DNA of 62,968 nt, counting the filler, from Octopus bimaculoides (lineage: Eukaryota): the NCBI RefSeq assembly GCF_001194135.2. It is 5 parts of 4 records of this genome, joined end to end, with 100 filler letters (N's around TTAATTAATTAA, not from the genome) between each part and the next. Parts side by side here need not be neighbours in the genome. Positions count along the whole stretch, not along the records: positions 17,470 to 42,822 come from NC_068992.1; positions 42,923 to 49,054 come from NC_068999.1; positions 49,155 to 58,575 come from NC_068987.1; 2 more parts are not named here. The stretch is one strand, 5' to 3'. The notes beneath the pieces were generated by a model that was given only the letters and a program-made list of their open reading frames with translations, ran no database searches and had not been told where the DNA came from. Both the position numbers and the translations under genes were made by a program. Below are positions 39,446 through 51,909 of the stretch, piece after piece; position 1 is the first letter of the stretch; each line of letters opens with the position of its first letter.

Positions 39446-39962
39446 NNNNNNNNNNATATATATATATATATATATATGTATATGTATGTATGTATGTATA
39501 CATATGTGTGTGTGTGTACGTATGAGCATGTATATGTATGTACACCTATATTTATTTATATGGACATATGCATGCAAACATACACACAAAGGAAAAAATA
39601 CAGTTACATTTATCTGTGTGTGTATATTCGTAAAACTGCTATGAAATATGATATCAGGGCACAGTTGTTTAAATGTTATGAATGAATAGAAACTACTATG
39701 AATAGAGATCTGAAAGGAAGAATTAAAAGTGAGATGAATAAACAATTGACGAAGCAGAACAAAGGAAGGAGATAACAATGTAAAGTAACTAAAGACTTAG
39801 AGATAATTGAGGAATAGGAGATGGACAATAAGACACCTCCAGCATTCGACATTTATATAGCTACACTTGCCCCCGAGTGGTTTCATTATAAATAGTCTTC
39901 ATTTATATGTACGCAGTGTTTCGTATGGGACCGAGTGGTTGTGCTCTGTGTATGTGTGTGTG

Positions 39963-40046
<84 letters not shown>

Positions 40047-40127
40047 TAGACAATTTCATAGTCGAGAAAATGACCGAGAGTATGTGGGAAATTTGTGAAT
40101 CTATTTGTGTGTAAATAGATAGATAGT

Positions 40128-40167
<40 letters not shown>

Positions 40168-40532
40168 TAGATAGGCAGACAGAGAGTCGTGAAATGCTGA
40201 GTAATGTGGAGCTGTGGCAAGCTGATTGTAAACAATTTTAACTCAAACATCATTTGTGCTGGGTTCTATTTTCAATTGTTTGTGCAATCACATGCATATA
40301 TGCGCGCGTGCAAATGTGTGTATACACGTATATATCTATGTATGCATATAATGACAAATATTTTCTCAAGGTATATATGTGTACATACAGATGTTTATTT
40401 TAATAAGGTATGTATATGTGTGTGTGACTATGTGTGTATGTATACATTTATTGTGCTTTTACTTATTAATTTTTCTATATGTGACAGTGGATTTTCATCG
40501 ATGAGTTCATGAACCTTGGCTCTTTTCCCTAA

Positions 40533-40570
<38 letters not shown>

Positions 40571-41654
40571 CACATTCAGATTATTTAGGTACTTAAATTG
40601 AGGTATCTTGTTAAGACGAACTAATTTGCACACTCAGACGATATCAGGTGAGTATCAAACTGCGTAGAATTCTTTTCACCAGAAATTCATGCAGTGTATG
40701 CAGATGGTACGACTCAACTTAGTAGTGAATAAATCCGCTTTTTTATGTTCAGTCATGTATTTTATATAAAATTACTTTCCATAATACTTCCGAAGTGCAA
40801 ATCCCAGGGTAGGTGAGTAAAATATAAATGAGTAACAAAGATGTATAAGTTTTGTTGCTATGTAATGCTTTCACGTCTTCATGTTTGCATATAAAATATT
40901 TTAAACAAATTCATTGTTTATTGAATAAAATCCAAATTCTATGTGAAAATATCCAGGAGTTGGTATGCAGCTTACAAATGTGACACATTTATATTTCCAT
41001 TTCTCGATTAAGAGTGTATGAAAATGTTTAAAAAATGAATGATAGTCTGTTTTATTGGAAATACTAGTTTAGTGTTCAAACAAATTCTATGCCAGATGTG
41101 TTTTGAAACTGATTGGCTGAATAAATCAAAAGAGCGAAATAATGAAGATATAAACACACATGTTGGAATATGAAGAGATTACACTGAAGCAAAATAGGCG
41201 GGAGATAAAAGTAAACAGAATATGTACACTGAATATAATGTACATGCGTGTTATTGACAATCGGGTGCACAAGATTGGCAAGCTTCCGCTGTTTCCGTGA
41301 ATCACTGCAGCAATGATACTCGTCCCACTCCGATATATATTGTGTTCTAAACACTTGATGTTTATCTCAGAAAATTCTGCTGTGTAATGCCTTCAAAAGG
41401 AACGCATACATTTTGTATGATACACAGGTGACGATTTTGATTTAATGTTGTTTCAATTGTGTACACCGAGTTTTTATACAGATTGACGAACTTCAGCGAT
41501 ATCAGTGAATGTTTTAGTCAGTTTATTATACATATTCAAACAGGAACTTTGTTTAAGCATGTGGCAATAGAGTGTGCAACGTTCACAAACCCTAAGAAAA
41601 GCAAAAATCTGTTTGTTATTCGTGTGAATCTCCGCAGCGACGATTATGGTTGTG

Positions 41655-42060
41655 TAGTTAAGAAGGTCACTTTGGCGGCCACGTGGTTTTGAGTTCAGTC
41701 TCATTGCGTGCCACCTTGAGCAAGTTTCTTTTACTACAGCCTGAGGACGACCAATAACTTACGAGGGAAATTGGTCGGCGCACACACACGTACATACACA
41801 CACACACACACGCATACACACACATGCATATGTGTATGGGTGTGTGCGTCTTTGTGCTTATGTTTGTCCCTCCTCTCACCGTTTGACAACTGGTGTTGGT
41901 TTGTTTACATCCCCGTAAATTAATGGGTCGGCGGAAAAATCCGATAGAATAAATGCCAGAGTTGAAAAGTAAGTACTGGGGTCGATTTATTTAAGAAATT
42001 CCTCAACAGCAGTGCTCCAGCACGACCGCTGTCCAATGGGTGAAGCAATTAAAGATAAAA
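41655..42060 (+). mobile_element. SINE family A, older copy
   Basis: Diverged head and tail with a central TG array. Confidence 0.8.
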
Positions 42061-42254
42061 GTGATAAGAACATGTATTCTACATGTCCAAAGCAATAACG
42101 TTAAACGTCATAAATTTCCACATGTATCGAAACATTGATGCCCGAGTACAGTAAGTACCATCTCCATTGTTACAACTTAGAACGCCGATTCCCTGTTTTT
42201 CCATGACGTATAAGTGACCGACACCATGACATTCCCGTCTGAACGGGAAGTCGG

Positions 42255-42415
42255 TCCGTTACAGTCACAGAGTTACTTATTTACAGTTAAGTAAACTAGG
42301 GCAACGTCGAATTAAGTATGTTGCTCAAGAAGGCAACGCATCACCCGGTCCGAGAACAGAGCCATCATCTCGTGGTGGTGAACGCAAAAACCTAACAGCT
42401 ACACCACGCGCCTTC
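42255..42415 (-). mobile_element. SINE family C head
   Basis: Reverse complement of a tRNA-like head plus the cttgagcaac block. Confidence 0.6.
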
Positions 42416-42822
42416 AACAATGCACGTAAGCGTTCAGAAATACACTTTTATTCATGATTTACCATTAATTGATTATTAAATTTAGAGAGAAGTATCTGTC
42501 ATTTGTCCTCACTTTTTAAGCTCTCTTCCTGGAGATATATTGCGCTTTACATAAAACAAAACATTGATAAATATGCTCAGCACATTTGAAATACAATCCA
42601 GAAAAATGCATGGCATCCTAGGATCTCGATCATAAAGTAATGTTGCTGTACTTGAAAAACAGAAAAATGGAGGTTTCATAACTAAAGCAGTATCATTACT
42701 TAAACTAGCCTAAGGATATCTCTAAAAAAAAATGACGTGTGCAGCTGGATTCCAAGCGAGAACAGTAATATACACACATACATACACACTCCCGTATACA
42801 TGCATATATATATATATATATA

Positions 42823-42922
42823 NNNNNNNNNNNNNNNNNNNNNNNNNNNNNNNNNNNNNNNNNNNNTTAATTAATTAANNNNNNNNNNNNNNNNNNNNNN
42901 NNNNNNNNNNNNNNNNNNNNNN
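42823..42922. other. Artificial scaffold-join linker
   Basis: N44-TTAATTAATTAA-N44. Confidence 0.95.
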
Positions 42923-42984
<62 letters not shown>

Positions 42985-43519
42985 CATATATATCTATGTA
43001 TATCTTATATCTGAATCATATTTTTATCATAGACATACATGCACACATATATATTTCATCTCTCTTACTGTCTCCCTTATCACTCTCTATATTTTATTTG
43101 TGTGTGTATAACATTGTTTTTTGTTTTTTTTTTCTGTTGATTAGATTTTTAGTCAATCCAAAATGTCATACTTTGATATATTAGAGATTGGACTGATTTT
43201 AACAATTCTTCTCAATTCTTCAGCAATCGTAAGATGATTATCTTTGCTGATATTTCACATTTCATATGCCACAAACCAAACAGAAATGAAACCCAAAAAG
43301 CAAAACAAAAAAATTTTTTAAGACAACTTTACTTTCTTTGCACTTCTGAATCTGGTACTTCTACCATTTTTTGTTTGTTTCTCTTTTTTTTTATATTCTG
43401 TTGAATTGCAACACTGCAAAACCAAAAAAAACATTGATATACTATTAAATCTAATCTAATATAACAAATAAAAGTTTTGTTTTAAATTTAAAATAAATAA
43501 AACATGTTGTTGTTGTTGT

Positions 43520-43750
43520 TTGTTCCTTCTCAACCAATGCTTGGCTCATAAGGGCCAGTTTTCTGGTTTCATTGGCATATAGGTTCCCCATCTGGATGGG
43601 ACATTGGTCCATCACAGTTGGGCTGCTAGTTGCAGGAGGAAGAAAGGGTGAGAGAAAGTTGTGTCAAAAGAGTTAGCAGAAGTTTGCCATTACCTTCTGC
43701 CAAAACTAAGCTCAAAAACACACACATTGCCCAATCTGAGATTCGAACCC
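43520..43750 (-). mobile_element. SINE (family C-related), CpG-eroded
   Basis: Reverse complement of gggttcgaatctcag and of the cacaactttctctcac block also seen near 18000. Confidence 0.6.
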
Positions 43751-44184
43751 ACAAGTCCACTTCTCCGCAAACAATACATACAAAATATTAAAACACAAAA
43801 AATAATGGTCATTCTCTTCAAATACTTGTCTATTTATTTTATATATCTTTATATTTTTCTTGTCTCCAAAAATTTTGAAGTGCTTCTAGTGGCAAGTAGC
43901 ATCTGTCCCCTTAGATGTTCCTGTTTTTTTATAAACTTTATCAATTTTCTGGCTGTACTCTTTTACTGCAGCTTAAATACCTCAAATGGAGTTATGTTTT
44001 TCTTGTTACTCTATTCTTAATAAATCTTACAATGAATTATGCATTTATTGTCGTACTAATTTTGTACTAATGTTGTACTAATTTTGCAGTCGATGATTAG
44101 TTTGCACAGTTCCATTGTTGATCATTTATTTTCTCATTTATAGAAATAGTACTGTATTTAGTTAAAGTAAAGTGTGTAGGCAAA

Positions 44185-44605
44185 AACTATATATGCCGTT
44201 GCCAGTATCGCCTGACTGGCCTTCGTAGGATTTTCGAGCGAGATCGTTACCAGTGCCCCTGGACTGGCTCTTGTGTGGGTGGCACATAAAATACACCATT
44301 TTGAGCATGGCCGTTGCCAGTACCGCCTGACTAGCCTTCGTGCGGGTGACACGTAAAAGTACCCACTACANNNNNNNNNNTTTGAGCATGGCCGTTGCCA
44401 GTACCGCCTGACTAGCCTTCGTGCGGGTGACACGTAAAAGTACCCACTACACTCTCTGAGTGGTTGGCGTTAGGAAGGGCATCCAGCTGTAGAAACTCTG
44501 CCAAATCAGATTGGAGCCTGGTGTAGCCATCTGGTTTCACCAGTCCTCAGTTAAATAGTCCACACCATGCTAGCATGGAAAGCGGACGTTAAACGATGCT
44601 GATGA
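44185..44605 (+). mobile_element. SINE family D with RTE-type tail (ggcgttaggaagggcatccagctgtagaaa...gcatggaaagcggacgttaaacgatg)
   Basis: Three copies in the window. The central block resembles the MetaSINE domain from memory (unverified). Confidence 0.8.
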
Positions 44606-45581
44606 TATATATATATATATATAAAAGATATGAAATAAGGCCTCCTCCACTCTGAAAGGGGTCCCAAGGAGTATTGTCCCTGCCTTCCTGAGCTAGTTTT
44701 CTACCACATTTCTTAAAAATCATGGTAGAATCCTTGGTGTCAGGACCACTCATGTCTAGAAACTGAGGTTGGGAGTAAGCAAAGGCATGCCCCCGTAGAA
44801 AATCCAGATCCAAAAAAGCCTCATGATTGCAAAGGAAAATGGGCACCAGCCAGCCGAAATGTTGGGGTGGGCTGCACCTGCTTACCTTGGTTGCTATGGC
44901 ATTGAGGTAGATCCAGCCACCCCCATTAACTGGGACAAAACCCAGATTTAAAACACTGGTTGATGATGATGATGAAAATTATCCTCCCCAATATTTAGAT
45001 ATATATATATTTATTGAAAAATTAGCTGCTCAATTTTCTGCAAATATGATCATTACTGATGCCATTTACATTCCAAACTCAGTAGAATTATTGCAGAAAC
45101 AATGTCTAATGCATCAAATTAACCTCTTCAACTCTTCTTCAGTTTTAAAAATTGCACTTGGTATGCATTGTGACCTCATCTGCTATATGTAGGCAATCTC
45201 ACACCAAGTAGGTGTTCTGTTGAAAGAACAACAAAACCTTTTGTGTCTTTGAGAATGTAGACGTTGTTACATTGTATTCCTTCATTGTTGCATCTTCCGT
45301 TATCACAGCATCTGTTTTCATTCGTAGCTACTGATACGCATTCTTTCTTTTGTCTGACTGTTCCATGTTTAAGGATCATCTTTCCTTTGATGCGTTTGCA
45401 AATGAAGAAACTGTTCCTCCTTACAAATTTCTATCTTTGCTTTCATTTGAAAAAACAGAAAAACCTTTCATGTGTGTGTGTGTGTGTCTGTGTGTGTCTG
45501 TGTGTGTGTGTGTGTACACATGCAGACCTCCACCAAGCAGCTCATTTTAAGATAGATATGTGAGTAAAATTACTAATAGAG

Positions 45582-46145
45582 CGGGAGTGGCTGTGTGGTA
45601 AGTAGCATGCTTACCAACCACATGGTTCTGGGTTCAGTCCCACTGTGTGGCACCTTGGGCAAGTGTCTTCTACTATAGCCTAGGGCCAACCAAAGCCTTG
45701 TGAGTGGATTTGGTCGACGGAAACTGAAAGAAGCCTGTCGTATATATTTTGAGCGTGGCCATTGCCAGTACCGCCTGACTGGCCTTCGTGTGGGTGACAC
45801 GTAAAAGCACCCACTACACTCTCTGAGAGGTTGGCGTTAGGAAGGGCATCCAGCTGTAGAAACTCTGCNNNNNNNNNNTAGCATGGAAAGCGGACGTTAA
45901 ACGACGACGACGACGACAACGATATGTATAGGTATGTGTGTGTCTGTGTTTGTCCCCCCAACATCGCTTGTCAACCGATGCTGGTGTGCTTACGTCCCCG
46001 TAACTTAGCGGTTTGGCAAAAAGAGACTGATAGAATAAGTACTAGGCTTCCAAAGAATAAGTCCTGGGGTCGATTTGCTCGACTAAAGGCGGTGCTCCAG
46101 CATGGCCGCAGTCAAATGACTGAAACAAGTAAAAGAGTAAAAGAG
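45582..46145 (+). mobile_element. SINE family A with a family D copy nested in its central microsatellite (about 45748-45920)
   Basis: The family A head and tail are separated by family D sequence. Confidence 0.85.
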
Positions 46146-46289
46146 AGAAACGAAAATAAACTTTGGAAACTGCAATGCCACCATAGGTTACGTTGAAGCG
46201 ATGAACATGTTTTCAAGGGAGATAATCAAAGAACATAACATTGTAATACTTCATGTAAAGTAGATATAACAAAGGAAAAATCCTTAAAA

Positions 46290-46459
46290 GAATCCATAAA
46301 AATTCCCGGATCACTACCAAAATTTCATCACCTGTTCCCTGTGTCATTACCAACTTTTCATGCAAGTTTCATCAAATACCGTTTAAAACGTTTTGAGTTA
46401 TTTTGCACACAGACGGACAAGCACACTCCAATGGAAACATTACCTCCTTCCTTGATGGA

Positions 46460-46465
<6 letters not shown>
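46290..46465. mobile_element. Helentron-like non-autonomous element (HINE/DINE-1 type) end
   Basis: caagtttcatcaaa...cacagacggac... ending in the hairpin attacctcc-N9-ggaggtaat (46439-46465). Confidence 0.5.
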
Positions 46466-46496
<31 letters not shown>

Positions 46497-48184
46497 TTTA
46501 TGATTATTATTATGAACACAAATACTGCATCTATGATTAGACATTTACATAGTGTTTTTGACCATAAGTCTCCAGCATCATATCTGACCTGGAGCAATGC
46601 ATAGACAATAACAACAACAACAGCAGAAAAAACTATTTTGTAATAAAAATTGTTATTCATAAATATTGTATTTAATATTGTGTTATGCGGCACACTATGT
46701 TAATGAATACTGCACTAAGTCCCTTTGGAGCCACTGACCGAAGCTAATATATTCATATCTCCAAATCCAAGAAAAAAGAAAACTTAATGTTTAATTTAGA
46801 AATTTATTCATAAATTTGTGAGTATGGTTAGTGGGGTGGGTGTGGAGAATGTGGCGTGTGAGTGGTGGTGGTGGTGGTGGTGGGGATTATTCATGTATTT
46901 GAATTATTTTTAGTAAGTTTACAGGAAATGAAAAAATGAAGTAAAGAGAGAAAGAAAGAGGCAAAAGGAAGAGAAGAAAAAGAAAAAAAGAAAACTTATG
47001 CAATCAAGAAAAGAATGAAAGGAAAGAGTGGAAGAAGGAAATAAGTAGATTATTAGTTAAAAAGATGTATAGAGAGAGAATGGGGAAGGAAGAAGAAAGA
47101 AAAGAAGGAAAGAGGACTAACAGGTAGAGAGACAGGAGAAAAAGGAAGAAAAATGATTAATGAAAACAAATGTTTTTCAAAGAAAACTGACAAGTAATTG
47201 TACCCCAAAATTTTAATGGCAAAAAAAAAAAAAATGTAAATAGATGATTAAATAAAACTTCAAAAATAAAACAAAAAATGCACATGAAAAATATAAATAA
47301 TTAAGAAAGCAAGACTAAAAAATTATTAAAGTAGAAATATGAAAATAATTAATAAACAAATATCAAGAATTCAGCACATTTTAGTAGATTAATAACTTAG
47401 AAAGAAATATTGTCTTAGTTTAGATTCCAAGACATCAGAAAATGGTAATTTTAAGAGAACAAAAGTCTGCAAATTTGATTTGGTGATTCTTAAAGGAAGG
47501 GGGAAAAAAAATTCAAAAGCTAAGGAGGATAAAGTAAACCAAAACAACAAATGTAACTACCATAACAACAATAACAACAAGAATGCTAACAAGAACAAAT
47601 GTTAGTGAATACAAAGTTTCTGAAAAAAATACTTTTCATAAACCAAAGTGAAAAATACTTCTGACTATTTTAATGTTAGGAATATCTTTATTGTTATATA
47701 TTGTTCAAGAGCTTGTTTCCTCTCTGTAAAAAAAAGAAAAAGATTTATGCTGCAAAGGATTACAATACAATGGAAATTAGTGCCGCCCTGTTTAAGTGGC
47801 ACTCGATCCATAGAATAATTTGTTCGATAATTTCAATTGTTGTGTGAATGATTCAATTTGTTACCCTTTTGGTACCATAGTTCTATTGAAACAAACTACA
47901 TTTGTTTCAATTAATTTTAAAATCATGAGGAATTAAGTAAAATAACTTTCTAGAATTATTAAACTGATGTTTGGAACACAAACTAACATGAAATTTTGAG
48001 GAAAGTTTTTAATATAGATCCCATTACAACAGAAGGCTTGTATCATTGAACCAGGTGAGGTAGTCTCAGGTGCTTTGGTAGCAAAAGGGTAAATGTTTCT
48101 GACACTTGTCTCTTCAACTGTGAGTGAAGAATTCATAGAGAAAATAGTGCTGTGGATAGACTAGAAAGCTACTAAATTGTTTCT

Positions 48185-48385
48185 AATATAGGCACACAGC
48201 CAGAAATTTGTGGTAAGAGTGATTTGATTACGTTGACTTGAGTTCTCAACTGGTATGTGTTTTATCAACTTCAAAAGATTGAAAGGCAGTGTCTACTTTG
48301 GAGATATCTGATCCCAAATGTAAAGAGCAGGAAAAAGTGCTGCAAACCATATTGTCTGCCACACTAACAATTCTGCCAGCTCAAA
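48185..48385 (-). mobile_element. SINE family B copy that has lost nearly all its CpGs
   Basis: tcgacc to ttgact/tcaact, ctaacgattctgccagctcg to ctaacaattctgccagctca. Confidence 0.7.
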
Positions 48386-48829
48386 ACTTTTAGCAAATTG
48401 GTAAACAGTATTGAGACAGAAAGGAGGGATGCTGAGAGTGATGGATTGAATAAGGGAGAAGATAAAAGATAAACTCATCTTAGTTCATTGCGGAGTTGTG
48501 ATGCTATGAAATATTTTGCATTAGAAGGAAACCAAAATAATTTAATTGTTTATTAGAACTCCTGTTTCACTGCAGTTTGGAGCAAATAAAAGTGCGGTTT
48601 GTGTCAGGGAAGTCTGAAATGGTTGTGAGGACAGATTCCAGGAAGCCAAAGTTATGAATGATGGTGTTTGGATTTGGACAAATTATATTTCATTAATAGA
48701 ATGAATGGAACAAATAACTATTTATTAGAATTCAATTAGCTCTGGTGAAACTAAAGAGTATAATTACTCTTACTGGAAATAGAAGTAAGCTAATAAATTA
48801 ATTAACTACTGAGACATTATCATCATCAT

Positions 48830-49054
48830 CATCATCATCATCGTTTAACGTCCGCTTTCCATGCTAGCATGGGTTGGACGATTTGACTGAGGACTGGTGA
48901 AACCAGATGGCAACACCAGGCACCAGTCTGATTTGGCAGAGTTTCTACAGCTGGATGCCCTTCCTAACGCCAACCACTCAGAGAGTGTAGTGGGTGCTTT
49001 TACGTGTCACCCGCACGAAAACGGCCACGCTCGAAATGGTGTCTTTTATGTGCC
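48830..49054 (-). mobile_element. SINE family D
   Basis: Reverse complement of 44185-44605. Confidence 0.85.
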
Positions 49055-49154
49055 NNNNNNNNNNNNNNNNNNNNNNNNNNNNNNNNNNNNNNNNNNNNTT
49101 AATTAATTAANNNNNNNNNNNNNNNNNNNNNNNNNNNNNNNNNNNNNNNNNNNN
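49055..49154. other. Artificial scaffold-join linker
   Basis: N44-TTAATTAATTAA-N44. Confidence 0.95.
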
Positions 49155-49369
49155 TATATATATATATATCTGTATGTGTGGTATATGTATGTATATATAT
49201 ATAAAATATGTGTATTTTTCAATGTTTACATATAACACGGAAAAGATAAATAAATAGTTACCAGGAAAGTAAAAATTCACATAAGTACCCAGGATGCAAC
49301 AATCTACTTATAAAGGTAGATTCCAGGTTTTGGTGAAATGTCTGTGTTTAACATAATAAACAGTATGAT

Positions 49370-49935
49370 TTGGAATGGAATATTCAATCTAAATCATTTC
49401 CGTATGATGAAGATAAATCTTTCTCTCCACTTTGCAACGATGAATTGTATTTTATCCTGTTCTCAGAGAAATCTCTTGTGAACACGTTTAAAGAACGTGT
49501 TTATCATTGTAAACTTTTGCAAAAACATACCTTTACTTCCTGTAAGTGGTTTCTATCATTCTATATAATATTCGACCTTTAACTGTCTTCTTACATTTCC
49601 CTTCCACTAAATATATTTACTTCGAAGCCTTTAAGATTTATTCCTAATCACCTATTGCTCTATATCTCTCCACTGTTAGTTTTCTGCTAATTTCGTTCTT
49701 TCTCCTCCTTCTCTTTCTATAAACTGCCTTTGAAGTTATATCTATTAACGGTTTAAAAAAACTTGCTAGCGTTCCCTTCATCATATACACAGTCATCACA
49801 TTCTGTTGAGATGTTTTGCCGGTGCGTTTGGTCTATTTCTTTTTCTGATGATAATATTGCATTGCTTTACACCATTTTATTCCATCTCGAATAATACCAA
49901 TGTTTTCTTCGAAACATATGTCAGAAGTAAAATCT
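49370..49935 (+). mobile_element. Penelope-like element 3' end (GIY-YIG C-terminus plus pLTR)
   Basis: WNIQSKSFPYDEDKSFSPLCNDELYFILFSEKSLVNTFKERVYHCK matches the PLE W-x-I...PY...CxLCxxE...L-N...C motif. Confidence 0.8.
49841..49926 (+). ncRNA. Hammerhead ribozyme motif with an intact core but a mutated base of stem II
   Basis: CUGAUGA 49845-49851, GAAA 49911-49914, palindromic ACAUAUGU, GUC triplet 49920-49922, stem I UUUU/AGAA. Stem II base UAAUA/UCUUC is mismatched. Confidence 0.6.
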
Positions 49936-49964
49936 TTTGANNNNNNNNNNTGTGTGTGTGTATT

Positions 49965-49997
<33 letters not shown>

Positions 49998-50532
49998 TTG
50001 TGTGTGTGTGTGGGGGGGGTGTAGCCAATCGCTTTAAGGACATCCACGCATGAAGTCTAAGAGACATTATATAGTTAATTAATAACCCTGAGTTCGACTC
50101 GTTATATTCTGCTCATTCGCGCTTGCGGTTTACATGTGCATATAATTTTGTGCACCCAGTGCTTTATTAGGTATATATTTGCTTGCTTCTGTACGAACTA
50201 CGTCTGTGTCTGATTGTCTGCCTTTGTGCTTGAATCAAATCAATGATACCTGTTGTTATTGAAAAACAACCATTATTCTGGGTCGTTCAAAATGAAGTCA
50301 GAAAGTTCACTTGTGTCGAAAATAAATCGGTTTACATCAAACATATAATGTTCTACTCGCTGATGTTGAGTATGTCACGAATAAAACTGCCATCCCATAC
50401 AATTTTTTATTCATGTATTTTTCAACCATATTAATATACATATTTTTTAAACATTTTATTAGTTGCAGTAGTAGTTCTTGTATTAGTATTAGCATTGCTG
50501 TTCTTATTTATTTTTGTTTTGTTACCATCACC

Positions 50533-50534
<2 letters not shown>

Positions 50535-50612
<78 letters not shown>

Positions 50613-50615
50613 TAA
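50535..50615. repeat. (AAT)n microsatellite (another at 51078-51150)
   Basis: Directly visible. Confidence 0.95.
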
Positions 50616-51076
50616 TATTGATATTACTTCTGTATTCTTGTCATATTTACATTTCTTAGGTATTCACGAGTATATCTAAAGATACGATCAGCAATATCGG
50701 ATAATCCTCTAATATCTGAACATCATAATATCACTTTTAGGAAAAATAAAATCCGATATAACAAAGTATATACACAACATTTATAAAAAATAAAGGATAT
50801 TCCTCTACTCTTAGCTAGGAGATTTCCCATTCATTACATGGGGAAAAATTCACTGCATAAACAAAACATTAAAAAAAAATGGAATAATGAAAAACAAATG
50901 TCGAATACGCATACAAAGAAAAAGAAAGATCAGAAAAAAATGAATCCATAATGGCGAACGTTTGGGAAGACATAAACTCCATTTGGATAATATTTTCTAT
51001 ATATATATTTTTTGGTATCCTTATAGTTTTCTTTCTCGTGTGATCACTTTCTATTTTGTTTCTTATTATCGTTGCT

Positions 51077-51150
<74 letters not shown>

Positions 51151-51367
51151 CTATAGAAGTGATATACAGATATTTGCTTTTTTTTTACTTTAATATTTAC
51201 AATTTGTTTTCTTTTTTACTTTATCAACTGAATCTTCAAGTAAGTTTAAAATGTTTTTCATTGTCCTTTTCATAATCTCCTTCCTTCTCTATCTTCCACT
51301 CTTATATAATCAAATTCCCACAAATGGATGCATACGTACATCACACACACATATACATATATATCTG

Positions 51368-51425
<58 letters not shown>

Positions 51426-51909
51426 ATGTATGTGCGTTTACGAGTGTGTGCAGGAATCTGCGCGTGTATATTTCTTAAAAAGATAGAGAGTTATGTAAAT
51501 CGAGGGAGACGTATATAGTACATAGTGCATGAAAATTAATAGCAACGTCTCTGTGCATGCATTGTCTTTGTTATTCACAAGAAGATTACTTATTCATCCA
51601 TATACACACATAACATCAAGTAGAAAATCCTACTAAAAATTTGACATGTGTATGTATTTTTTAATCTCAGAAGAAAGACCCTTAAGTATACTTGGAATAT
51701 TATAAGTCAGCATTCTTATAAATACCAGTTTAAAATATTCTACTCATCTGAAAATATTTATACACATACGTGGAAAATTTTACTTAGATAATATCATTAT
51801 GCATATATTTTTTTTTATTTTTTCCTCTGAAAATACGTGAGATAAGTGGTATTTTGTTTTAAAATATAGACATACTTATATATTTACACATATGCATATA
51901 TACATGATA

